Part shown: piece by piece, positions 1 to 12,229 of the stretch | How positions within the stretch are numbered: position 1 is the stretch's first letter | How the letters are laid out: each line of letters opens with the position of its first letter | Assembly (NCBI GenBank): GCA_964016885.1 | Contig: OZ024740.1 | Location: 387,438,001 to 387,502,000 of the forward strand | Source: Eledone cirrhosa | Taxonomy: Eukaryota | Reading direction: 5' to 3' | DNA: 64,000 bases | Translations under genes and position numbers: made by a program | Notes under the pieces: model-generated | Told to the model about the DNA's origin: nothing | The model's input: the letters and a program-made list of their open reading frames with translations, nothing else | Databases searched by the model: none

Positions 1-1132
1 GAAAAGTGAAAGTTAAATAATGATGATGATAAATATATATGTGTGTGTACTACAGCTAAAATAAATATTCTGAAACCAATATTAAGTAGTATTTACCAGA
101 GATTTCATAAATATTGACTTAAATTCCAATCTAAATAAAAACAAAATTGATTGCTACTAAAATACAGAATAGGCCACCGGAGATTCCCATTGGACATTTT
201 TATAGAAAAATATGACTGTGAAGCAAAGGTCATGTTAGTATCTGGGTGAGCTTCAGTAGATTTAAGTAAATGTTTAATTTTCTTTTTAAATCCCGGATGA
301 GTACTCTTTTGGAATATTTTCACTGGAAAGTGTATTTTCGGCTTATTTACTATACAGTTTTTGTTGTGAGATTAAAAATTAAAATATGTTTATTTATCAA
401 CAAAATTTCTATCTCTAACATGTAAACTTGTAGGAATTAAATTGCTTAAATTCCAAATTTCAAAATAGATTTATCATGGAATCTTTGATCTTCCTATATT
501 TCCAGTTTCTGTTTAAACTCTGAAATTTAATTCCAGTTCATAAAATTTAATCTACTGGCACTGCCCTTTACCCTACTGACTAAACAGTAAAAATATCTGT
601 TTGTAAAAACACAAACTAACTCACCCCTCATACACATATGGCATGAATGTGGGGTTAAACATTTTTTTTTGTTTTCTCAGCCACATGCTCAAACTATTCA
701 ATTCAACCATGACATAAGAATAGAAGAACCTGTTTTTCAGTTGTTGTCAGCCAAACTGGAACAAACAGGGTTTCAGTGATTTGCTCAGAACATAAATAAC
801 AGAAATAAAATCAAAACTTATAACAATGTATGGTATAGTCTAGTGTTGTAACCTCACAGCCATGGTGCCTCTACAATGGATCCACCTAGGACAAATTAAT
901 AACAAAAAACAAAACATTAAAATAAATAATGATGATGATGATAAGAAGAAGAAAGATTGAATATTATTTGACCAAAGAAATATATCCAAAGTGTTCATTA
1001 AAGCAAAAAGGCGAGAAGAGATTATTGGAAACTTGAGAAATCCGTCAAGTCTTAGAATTTAGATATTTATTTCTAATAGATGTGCCAGGTCACAGTTTAT
1101 TTAGGGTATTAAATATATGTGCAAGATTTGTG

Positions 1133-1167
<35 letters not shown>

Positions 1168-2331
1168 TATATAAAATACACACATACACACACACAAAAT
1201 ATAAGTAAATAAACTTGCAATTTCTTATTTTCTTTTCTATTCCAACATTTGTTCCAACTGTATTGTAATAAAAATAATATTCAGCAGCAAATTAAAAGAA
1301 ACGTTAGTAACAAAAAATTAATATAAAAAAAAAAATTAAATTAAGTATTTTGAAAAGCTGACAAAGAAAGCATTTGCAACAAAAATAAATAAATAAAATC
1401 ATTTTAAAATTCTGTTGTTTTTTTGGAGTGGTGGGGTGGTGGGGTGGGGGGTGTCTTAAACTATATGAAGTAAGTACCCCTCAAACATATAGCCATGATT
1501 CATAGATATTCTATTAAAGCATATTTAGGAAGAAATATTTTTTTAACAAGAACCTTATATTTTCAAATAGCTTTTCCTGCAAAATATTTAGAATTGCTGG
1601 TGTAAAGAATGAAATAAATAAACATCATTTAAGTACATACTCACTTAATCCATAAATTAACAGAATTCAATTAGGTCAGTTTTTTTTTTGTAAATAAATA
1701 GTAACTAGTGTACCTGTCTCATGAAAAAATAATGAGTTTTATTAATTATAGAGAAAAGTTAATTTCTTAATTTTGAAAATCATTTGAAAATATGTATATA
1801 CTATAAAGGTATACAGTCAATTTATTTTGAAATATCTTATATAACACTTCTATTTAATCATGATACCTCTCATTTCAACCAGTCTCAAAACTCTCAGTTT
1901 TATTCTCACTTAGTTTCATTTTTATCCTCCCACTGTCACTTGACCTCCACATACTTCCACAGTACCTTGTTTGTGTGACAGCAAATAAAATTACATTTCA
2001 AATTATTATATGTGAAGGATTATAACAAAAGTCCACTCAACTAATATCCATTCTGTTACATAATTCATATTCTTATGGTCATCAGTTGAGAACTAATGAA
2101 ATAATTGTTTCTACTTTTGGCACAAGGCCAGCAATTACATTACTGGTACTTTATTTTATCGACCCCATAAGGATGAAAGGCAAAGTTAACCTCGGCGAGA
2201 TTTTAATATCCAGTGATATATGTTGTATGTTAATTACTGTTATAAAAAAAGAAGAAAACTAGTACGTTATATGAATATTTTTAATTAAGATTTTAATGAA
2301 CTGAAAGAAAATGAGAATATATAGAATTTAC

Positions 2332-2456
2332 CTGTTAGGTTTTATTTCAAAAAGAGACTGAGGGTTCTGTTCAATCTGTTCTACTTCTGATACAAATTCT
2401 TCAAATAAGCACTCTAATTCCCGGCTCATTTGTTGAATCAAATCTGCTTGTAATTT
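2332..2456 (-). CDS. SOAT1: Host gene coding exon 3 (KLQADLIQQMSRELECLFEEFVSEVEQIEQNPQSLFEIKPN + 2 nt); SOAT1-like
   Basis: Acceptor tttcatttctacag and donor CAG|GTAAAT; 125 nt with only one open frame; phase 0 in, phase 2 out. The joined peptide RAEKLQADLIQQMSRELECLFEEFVSEVEQ resembles the SOAT1 helix [28 protein letters not shown]. Confidence 0.7.
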
Positions 2457-2538
2457 CTGTAGAAATGAAATTTAGGATTAGGTTTATAATATCTGCACAT
2501 TACTGTATTATACAATACATTAGTTGCACAACTTAGAA

Positions 2539-2785
2539 TCATCATCATCGTTTAACGTCTATCTTCCACGCTAGCATGGGTTTAGACGGGAATTGTCCAA
2601 CTTGAGGCAAGATTGGTTGTCTCGCTCATATAGGACTGTCTGGCAGGTTTTCTACAGCTGGATGCCCTTCCTAACACCAACCACGTTTACAGTGTGGACT
2701 GGGAGGTTCTTACCGTGTTACCTACACGGCCACATTACAGTGTAGACTGTTTTTTTTTGTCGTGACACCTACACTACCTCGTTTA
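2539..2785 (-). mobile_element. RTE LINE 3'UTR half, split by the CR1 insertion
   Basis: Reverse complement of the 3'UTR and (GAT)n tail seen at ~33240-33503 and ~43590-43836. Confidence 0.85.
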
Positions 2786-3234
2786 AAAGAAAAGAAAAGA
2801 AAAGAAACCACACTATTTCGTGTGAGACACTATACCGGCCAATCTTACATACATTGGTAAAATATCTCTGAACATTGACTTCGCTTCTAACCCACATACA
2901 CCTTTTAATTATATATATATACTAGCAGCTGAAAGTTAATAATTTGGAAAATATTATTGAAAGTTTATTATAAAGAAGCAGTATCAGGAAAAAAAACGTT
3001 ATTTCGCTGTTAATAAACTCTTGCCTTCTACAGTACGTTTCATTTAACTTACGCACCATATTTATTTGTTTACATGCACAGACTCTTCTGTACACACACA
3101 CACACACACACACACAACATTTAGGAAAACAGAAACAAAATACACAAAAAACAAAACAAAAAACAGACATTTTATTTCTATCCTTAGTTTAGTGCGCTAA
3201 ACCTATATTGTTTACATTCTGTGTTTTTCTACAG

Positions 3235-3788
3235 ATGGGTAGAAATAACAAAATTGCCATGGTGATATCCATCGATGAAGTATGCGACAAAACTGGTGGA
3301 TGTTCCAAAATAGAACATTGCCCAGAAAACCACATCTGCCATATTTGTACGGAACCCGAAAACTCGTTCCGTAATCGCTGGGTCGAATGTGGAACCTGTC
3401 ACATCTCTGTCTGCCTTCAATGCGTCACAGGCTTCCGGAGGATCCCAGGCCAAAAAAAGAGACATCATAATGCTATGATGGATGGAATATGGGAGATGGT
3501 CCAGCTAAAATCCTGGTCCTTTCAGTGCCTGGCCTGTGTGCCTGCCTCCACTAATGTTATTGAAAAACAACAACAAAAACCGATGACTGTATCTTCCTCT
3601 ACCATTGTTACTGAACAACAGTAAAAACCTATGACACTGGCTTCTGCTGCTATTCCTGTGGGAGAACATCAGAAACAACAACAACCCATGTCTTCCGCTC
3701 CCAGTACATCTCGACACCAACAACCGGCGACTGTGTCTTCCCCTACCATTCCCGTGGAGGAGGAGGAGGAACAACAACAACAACAACA

Positions 3789-3880
<92 letters not shown>

Positions 3881-3908
3881 AACAACAACAACAACAACAA
3901 CAACAACA

Positions 3909-3939
<31 letters not shown>

Positions 3940-4581
3940 CAACCGACCAGTACAGATTTTGCAGAATTACAACTAATGATTTCTGCTTTAAGAAGGGAAG
4001 TAACAGGAATAAAGGCAAACATTCGGGTAGGATCCCACAATGAGGGGTCTTATCGGAATGCTTTGCTAAAGAATCTCCCTGTACCTCTTGCCGTATCTAC
4101 GCACACTGAGAAGACTGCGGAATCTGCTACCCATGAAGTAATTGCCATTAGGGTACCAGAGGACAAGGCTGATCTTCAGGCATTTGCTGCCAGCTCAGCC
4201 AAAGACCAAGGCTGTGTTCCCCCAAAGGGTGCTCTCCGCCTTGGTCGACCTGGTCCAAAACCCAGACTCATCAGGCTGTCTTTTTTGGATCCCACTGAGG
4301 CAATCTCATATCATCTGGCCTCTGTTAAAGCTGGGCGTGAAAATCGGATTACCTTCCGAACACGCCCAGGCCTACCATCCCATGTACGTCCAAAGCTCCG
4401 TGCTGCAGCTTCCTTGAATCGGAACTCAGCACAACATGAAAGTTTCAGTCTGCGTGATGATGGGCAGATCTGGAGGTTTGTTAAGGCTGGTGAAACGTGG
4501 AAGAGAGATACCAGCTGGTCTGAGTGTGCTCTACCCACAATAACTGGCAATGAAAAAACTGCAAGAACTCTGGGAAACTAA
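3235..4581 (+). pseudogene. CR1-type ORF1 with N-terminal PHD-like finger, interrupted by one in-frame TAA at 3622-3624
   Basis: CHIC...WVECGTCHISVCLQC...FQCLAC; coiled-coil and RLGR..PR.IRLSF motif. ORFs 3208-3624 and 3631-4581 are in the same frame, and the TAA sits where neighbouring internal repeats read CAA. Confidence 0.8.
3757..3942 (+). repeat. Compound trinucleotide tract (GAG)n(CAA)n(CGA)30(CAA)n(CAG)n inside ORF1
   Basis: Read directly; the CGA run spans 3790-3879. Confidence 0.95.
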
Positions 4582-7391
4582 ACCAGAACAACCTGCCACC
4601 CTCTACACACCATCATAAACTGCAAGCAGGGTACAAATTGTTGTCCTTAAATGCTCGCAGTTTATGCAACAAGATATATCTGTTTGACTCCTACGTCAGA
4701 AGCATCGACCCTGACTTCATCACAGTCACGGAAACATGGGCACATTCCTTACTCTGCGATGTGGTTTTCAGCATTACTGGGTACAACCTTTTCCGCAAAG
4801 ACCGCATTAATCGCCGTGGTGGTGGTGTGATGGTCTACGTTCGTTCAAACTTTTCGGTAATTCCTTGCGTTGATTTGAACGAATCACAGGAAGAAGTTTT
4901 TTTCTGTGACATACATATGACCATGTCAACACTTCTGCTTGGTGTTGTTTATTGCCCCCCCAAACTACCATCAGGACACACAGCTTTGCGATATCCTCAG
5001 AGTTGCTGCCAAGAAAACAGCCACTTATGTGTTTATTGCAGGTGACTTCCTGAGATCGATTGGGAAACCTTTCGTTGGCCACAAGGTGCAAACGATTTCC
5101 TTGAACTAGTGCTGGACTCAAACTGGTCACAAGTAGTCACCTCTCCAACAAGATGTGACAACACTTTGGACCCGATCTTCACCACTACTCCTGAAGTGGT
5201 TATCAGTTGTACTACTGAGGAACCTCTAGGCGACTCTGATCATGCTATGATCATTGCCAATCTGGCTCTTGCGGGCAGCAACAAAAACCAGAGCCATCTC
5301 CAATCTGCTTGCTTTGATTGGAAGAAAGCAGATTGGAACTTGTACTGCACTGAGCTACAGCGCCCAAACTGGCATGAGATGTATAACTCTGGAGATGTGA
5401 ACACTATACTCCAGAGCATCCTGGACTCAATATGGATAGCGTGTGCAGCATCGGTGCCACATAAGCAGAAAAAAACCACCCCAAAAGTGCAATTTGGGAA
5501 ACTTCAGCAGTCCGACTTGCCAGGAAAGAACGTCGGAACGCTGAACGGGAATATAAACTGCATAGATCAGATGCCAACAGAAAAAAGCGGAATAAATCTT
5601 CCAACCATCTCAAGCAAGTGACAAAGACGGCAGTGCTTGAATTTGAACAGTGTATAGCAACCAATCCTGACAGTAAGGTGTTCTGGACATATGTTCATTC
5701 AAAGCAGAGACCTCACTCTCCAGTTGGTCCTCTTCGCAATCCCCACATAAGCCAGATCACTGACGATCCCAAAGAATGCGCAGAACTCATTGCTGAGTGC
5801 TATGCAAGTATTTTTACTGTTGAAAACCAGAATGTACCATCTCCACCATCTCTAACATCAAATTCCATAACAACTATGGAATTTACACCTGCAATGTTGC
5901 GACGTCACCTTAAGAATAAGCGCAACTATGCCTCCCCTGGTCTTGATGGTGTTACATACCTGCTTCTCAAACGTGGCGGGTATTTCCTTTTGCGCCAGCT
6001 TTCTTTCTTCTTTCAATACTGTCTCAACAATGGTGCTACTCCGGAGCAGTGGAAAACTGCCAGTGTCATTCCCCTGTTCAAAAAGGGCAACCGCATGTCA
6101 CCTGTCAACTATCGTCCAGTCAGTCTTACTAGCTGTATGGCCAAACTGATGGAATCCTGTGTCAGAGAAACACTTTGGAATTTCTGGAGCTCTCACAGCC
6201 TCATCCGGCCCTCACAGTTTGGATTTATCCCTAACTCCAGCTGCTGCGATCAGCTTATCGAGTTCCCTGAAGACATCACCCGGATCACTGACAGCGGCTC
6301 ATGGGTGGATGTTGTTTACCTTGACTTTGCTAAGGCTTTTAATTCTGTGCCACACAAAAGACTTATGGCAAAACTCTCTGCAATGGGTGTGAGGGATGAT
6401 CTTTTCAACTGGTTGAAATCCTTCATTCTCAGCCGAAAAGAGGTAGTCACGGTTCTAGGACAGCATTCTTCACCATATGAGATGTCATCTGGTATACCAC
6501 AGGGATCTGTTCTTGGTCCCCTTTTGTTTGTGGCATATATTAATGACATAGATTCTTACAGAATGCCACGGTACTGAAATATGCAGATGACATCAAGCTG
6601 TACCTTGAAATCAAAAGGACTGATCCTGAAATCTACAACTCTTTCCTACAATCAGACCTGGACACAATGCAGCAATGGATCACAGACTGGCAACTGAAGC
6701 TGGCTGTGGACAAGTGTACCACCATGCATTTTGGGAGGAAAAATCCAGCGTTCACATACTCCCTCCACAACACTGATATCAAGAAGTCCTCTTGTGAACG
6801 TGACCTGGGCATTACTGTCAGCAGCGATTTGCGTTGGACAAAGCATGTCTCTAAGATTGTCAAGAAGGCCGAGGGTGTCTTGGCATCACTCAGCAAGACC
6901 TTTGTTAGCCGCTCTCCAGCCATCTATTTAAAACTGTATACAGCTATGGTACGACCACACTTGGAATTCGCATCATCAGTCTGGAACCCTATCTTGCTCA
7001 GAACATTGACCTCCTGGAAACTGTTCAGAGACGTGCAACCAAGCACATACCCTCCATCAGACACCTACCATACTCTGAACGCCTTGCTTCCCTGGGCATG
7101 GATTCATTGAAGTTCCGACGTCTGGCAATGGACTTGGTAAATACCCACAAAGTTATTAACCATCTCGCCAATTGCAACCCTGAGCACCTTTTTGATCTCC
7201 ATGTGTCTAACACACGTGGACATGCCTACAAAATCAGAAAACAGCACAGCTCCCATGACTTTCGTAAACATTTTTTCACGCTCAGAGTTGCTGAAGCATG
7301 GAACAAACTGCCTGCGTCAGTTGTTAGCTGCCGAGACACTGCATCCTTTAAGACACTCATGCTTCCCGAAATACGCCAAAACTACACCTGA
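4572..7391 (+). pseudogene. CR1-type ORF2 (APE + RT), several frameshifts
   Basis: Fragments 4638-5045, 5109-5621, 5618-6577, 6667-7110 and 7098-7391 match the nearly intact ORF2 of the second copy. Confidence 0.9.
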
Positions 7392-7550
7392 TGTACCCCT
7401 TCCATACACATGCACATGTGTGTATCATGACTCATGCACTGTTCATTTTCCTGATGTTTGTACATTACCCTATGTACTATACATACACTTTTTGATGAGT
7501 TGTAGTGCACCTGAGCACTGTACACAATATTTCATTATTATTATTATTAT

Positions 7551-8392
7551 TTATTTAGGACTGGATGTTGTGGTACCAACATAACTTTACAGAGAAAGTG
7601 ATGGGGGTGAATATTTGAATAAGAGGTGCCTACTGTTTGTAGGTTTCGCTTTGTACTTAGGCAAGGCGGGTCTTCTGTATTACTGCATAGCGCCAAAGAT
7701 CTCGGTCCAGTGACATTGTTTTAGAGGTGTAAGTGTGTAAGGTCGGAATTTATCAAATCGTCCCAGGTTTTTCTGGGTCTGCCTACTCAGTAACTTCTGT
7801 CAATTTTGATCGCCCTGCACTTTTTTTATACAGCTGTCGTCTTTCATGCGCATCACGTGACCATATCAACGTAGTCTTCTCTCGAGTAAACAGCATCTGA
7901 TCCCTCGTATACCTAATTTCTCACTTACTTCATTTATGCTTTGCTGTTCACGTATATTACTATTACACATCCAATGGAGCATGCATGCTTCGTTCCTTTC
8001 CAGTCTGCGCAGATCCTCTGCACACAATGCCCATGTCTCACTGCCATGTAACATAGCTGTTCGTATGCAGGCATCATACAGTCTGCTTTTCATTTTTAGA
8101 GAGAAACCTTTAGTGGCCAATAGTGGTATAAGCTCTCTGAACCTTTTCCATCCCGTTCTGACTCTGGCTACTGTACTTTCAGAGCACCCTCCACCACTGC
8201 TGATTTTGTCACCCATGTAATGGAAGGTGTCCACTATAGAGCCATCTGGGCAATAGAAGGAGCTAGTATCCTGTGGGCACTTACTACTTATTGCACCTGA
8301 GCACCGGCCACATATAAAATCTATGTTCTTAGATAGCTTACCTGTGATCCCACTACATCTTTTATGCACCCATAGTTTGCATTTGGGACATA
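7551..8392 (-). mobile_element. RTE LINE 3' fragment (RT C-terminus and start of 3'UTR), other half of the split copy
   Basis: ORF 7866-8369 (HKRCSG...YMGDKI...HGSETW...RRLR) and degenerate RPRKTW; continues the 2539-2785 piece in element coordinates. Confidence 0.85.
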
Positions 8393-8414
8393 AAAGAATT
8401 TTAATATTTGCTCC

Positions 8415-8606
8415 TTAACCCTTTAGCTTTAAACTGGCTATATCTGGCCAGAATTCTGTTCAAACCGGCCACTTATACTGACATTAAGGTATTGTTCTCA
8501 AAATAAATAATAACATCATCAAAATCTTATGGATTCAATATTATGTGAGATAAAGCCATTACCATGAAAATATAAAAGTTGAATAATGTAAATGCTAAAG
8601 GGTTAA
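8415..8606. mobile_element. piggyBac-type MITE (TTAA|CCCTTTAGC...GCTAAAGGG|TTAA)
   Basis: TIRs and TTAA target duplication; same family at 16401-16630, 30785-31002 and 40155-40358. Confidence 0.75.
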
Positions 8607-9892
8607 TCAACTAATGTAATAAGTTTATTTATTTATTTGTATAACTAGAAGTAAGAGCAGGACCCATAACCATTCTAGGCTCCCCTAGACTCAGGATTAT
8701 AGATAATAATTTTTTACTGACTCAAACAAGTTAATAGAAAAAATGTAAGTGAAGAAGGTATAAAAGTATAGAGCACAAAGTCTATAATATCAACACATGT
8801 TTAAAAAATAACAGCTACTAAATCTCACAATGTGTATATTTCTAATGTATGTTAGCTTAACAATTGCTGCAATGCAGGTTTTGACTATGAAAAGTAATCA
8901 AACTAGTTGGCCATAGAAACCTCTACAGATGGAAAAGAAGTGGGCAGTGTCACATGAGGCAATCAAACTCATATCAGCCATGTGCTGGTTGACTGTACTA
9001 CCATTACACCAAACCAAGACTGACCACTTACCAGTAATTTTAAGCCAATAGATGCAAACAAAAAAATCAATTGCTTTATAAAGCACTGAGCAAATTTTAA
9101 TTTTGAAAGCATGATAGCTTACTATAAGCTGCTACAATGCAAGTCTTGACTATGAAAAATAGTTGAGCATTTGCCTATATAGAAACTGAATTTGGTTATA
9201 ATGTATTGCCAATAATTAAGTATTTAGTGCATCTTCTGTAGATATAACCCACATTCTGATCAACAACAGATTTAGACCAGATTAATAATATTAGTTTAGG
9301 AAATATGATTCACTCATCAAAAGTATGTCAGTTAATGAAGCTTCAGAGACATGTGCGTAGTTCATTGTCAACAGAAAAAAAAAAAAAAGAGATTTCAACA
9401 CTACTTTACGCAATTATTTTTTGTCAAAGGTCAGTAAAGCGAATTTAAAGCATTTAGTTACAGATTTTGTTCACAGATACATCAGGTGGTTTAATGACTA
9501 ACATCACTTCCTCTCAGAAACTAAACAAATAATAAACAAATAACAAGGAATAATTTTTATCACAAGCTACACTAGCTCCATTATATAACATCGCTTGATT
9601 CCAATGACAGCTTAACTTTTCTAATTTATTTTGGAAGATATTTTTCAGATTAAACTCAGCAACTGCATTATAGGTTGTATTTTTTTGTAAAGTTAATCAC
9701 CACCATCACCATCAATGTTTTTCTCTGCTAGCAAGAGTTGGACAGGTCAAAACAGACCAAGTCAGTACTCGGCAGGAGCTACTGACCTTTCAAATGGGCT
9801 GGTGGCCTGCATCTTCCTTTCATATATTCCTGCACGCAGACAATCTGAGAGCCAATGGCTTGCTTGCTTACATTCTTGCACTCTACTGTGGT

Positions 9893-10070
9893 TTTGCAGT
9901 ATCGGTAGAGCGTCAGACACCATGCTTTGCAGCATAGAGTTATGGCCCTTTGTGTTCTGAGTTCAAATCTGCTGAGGTTAACTTTGCCTTTCATTCTTAC
10001 GGGGTCGATAAAATAAAGTACCACTGATGCACTGGGGTAATCGCTGGCCTTGTGCCAAAAGTAGAAACTC
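9893..10070 (+). mobile_element. tRNA-derived SINE; further copies at ~2101-2205(-), 10985-11310(-, two), 17090-17540(+, two), 18525-18680(-), 18960-19057(+), 35875-36300(+, split), 38638-38780(-), 48937-49110(-), 51355-51490(-)
   Basis: Shared B-box, core and tail sequences. Confidence 0.8.
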
Positions 10071-12229
10071 TACTGTGTGCTCAAACAAGCTAGAGGCCTG
10101 CATCCCATTTACATAGAAGTTCCTGCACACTGGAGGCCAGCATCTTGTCAAAAATTAATAGAATCATACAGTGAAGTAAAAAATTGTTTTTGAATCTAGC
10201 AAGATCATTTTTGGACATTGTGACACTTCACATATCCTTTGTGGATACAGCATGACTGAATGGTTGAGAAGTTATCACTGCAATCATTAAGGCCAATGTT
10301 TGATTCCATTGTATAGCATCTTGAGCAAATATCTTTTACCCATAGCCTTGTGGGTGAAATTGAATAGAGGGAAATTGGTTGGAAGCTTGACAAATGGACT
10401 GTACCTGTAATTTAAACACTTTCATTACCATATTTCTAATGAAAGACACTGCCAATGATTTTCAAATAATTTTGAAATGAATAAATAATGCGTTTAGCCA
10501 TATAACTTTCTCAGTACCAGTAATGCACTGGGTATTTGCTGGCCTTGTGCCTAAAGTAGAAACAATTATTAAGTTGGTGTTTGAAACAAATCTGAAGAAA
10601 GTTTCTTACATAAAATTATGATGGAAAGTTTTTAGATAAATATAAACACCTCATAATAGTCATCAAGCAGAACAATTGCTTGACCATGCTTCTTAAAGAA
10701 ACTGATGAGATGATTTTTATAATGGCCTTGGCTCATTGATGTTACTCAACAAATGTCTAACACAAGTCCACAGTTAACCAGCAACAAATATTAGACAAAT
10801 AATAATGATTTCAAACAAAGCTGGATGGAAAGAACAGTGGATTACTTCTACAGCATATCTGACTTAATCAGGATTTGAATTTAGAGCATAAATTGGATAT
10901 AAGTGAAATAATAATAATACATTCAGTGCATTCAGATGAGAGTGGACCCTCTTGCCAGCAGGAAAAATAGATGTTAAATGATGACACAAGGCTAGAAATT
11001 TTGGGTGACGTGGGGGAAAGTTGATTAAATTGGCCCCAGTACTTGACTAGTACTATATTTTATCAATCCTAGAAATAATTAAATGTAAAGTTGACCTTGA
11101 TGAGATTTAAACTAAAAACTCAGGCACAAAGCCTGAAATTTGTGGGGAAGGAAATGCTGATTACATCAACCCTAGTACATGACTGGCACTTTATTTTATT
11201 GACCCTAAAAGAATGAAAGGCAAAGTCAATTTCCGTAGGATATGAAACTAGAACTTAAAGTGCCAAAACAAATACGACAATGGCGTTTGTCCAACATTCT
11301 AAAGACTCTACTAATCCTTTACCACTCCTACTCAAATAATAACAATAATAATCAGTTTGAAGCTCCCCTCAACAGTGTATTTTTATGTCTCTTTTCAAAC
11401 TAACTGCTAAGTGATGATGTGAAAGTTGTATTTATTAACACTTAGGTAGTTGTTGTTTAGCCCCAGGTCAACTCATTGAGCAGATTTATGATCAAAGGCA
11501 TTCTAACAATGGTTAGTCTGTTTGTCTGGGGGTTTCTACGACTACATCATCTAATATTAAGTATCACAATTGAACTTCGAAAAGGGGCAACAAGTACAGT
11601 TAGACCACACTTTTGCTTGATTATTTTCATATCAAAACACATTTTTTCCAAGGACAATTATATATCAATATATCATTTGAAAGTTCTGGGTGTGAATTTT
11701 CTTCTCATACACTTTACATATCATGCTAGGTTGCAAATTCAATATGCCATTTACTGAGGCTTAAAAGTTAACTAAAGTGTTACTAACAATCCTGTTACAA
11801 AGTGTTAGTGATATTTATCAATAAAATTATTCAATTTTATTTAATTATTGATGAAACTTTCTCAGATTGCATGTAGACCTAGATTAAAAAAACAAACAAA
11901 ATGAGAAAACTAATTCCTGTAAGCAAACTCGTTAGGAGAGAAGAAAAAAATGAATTGGCACTACTAGTGAAAACGTAAACACTACCACAAATTATCCGAC
12001 TATTCAAAATAAAAAATCACACCGGACTTTAATAGTCTACAAAATAATATTCATTGCACAATATAATTTTTATTGGCAAAATTTGATCAATATTTCTCAA
12101 ATAAAAATGAAAATGGAAGTGTAATTGTTATAAATGTGAAAATGACATACAAACTGGATGAAATTATGACATATAGAGGTACTTATTGATCTTTTTCTTA
12201 AAAAGATTAATGTTGTAGTCATAAGGAAA

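Larger units (their letters stand above)
2786..7550 (+). mobile_element. CR1/L2-group non-LTR retrotransposon, apparently full length, decayed
   Basis: 5'UTR, ORF1, APE endonuclease (LNARS, ITVTETW, DR..RGGGV, SDH), RT (PGLDG, YRPVSL, DFAKAF, PQGSVLGP, YADD), C-terminal FFTLRV..WNKLP, 3' stem-loop and (ATT)n tail. Splits an RTE copy whose two halves abut both ends. Confidence 0.92.

Noticed and set aside
105-323. 72-aa minus-strand ORF, or a short terminal exon at 286-322 (ENIPKEYSSGI*), as the last exon of the host gene
   Set aside because: The 72-aa frame is out of phase with exon 3. The short exon is phase-compatible but would end the protein at ~100 aa, which conflicts with the SOAT1-like assignment. 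Unresolved without transcripts.
1217-1257. Possible small exon after ttttattacaatacag on the minus strand
   Set aside because: Only a weak GC or GTTTAT donor and no recognisable peptide.
3505-4040. Minus-strand poly-L/S/C/R/V ORFs
   Set aside because: Shadows of the trinucleotide tract in CR1 ORF1.
7490-7535. TTGATGA plus a stem-loop in the CR1 3'UTR as a ribozyme
   Set aside because: Lacks C3 and GAAA; better explained as the LINE 3' recognition stem-loop.
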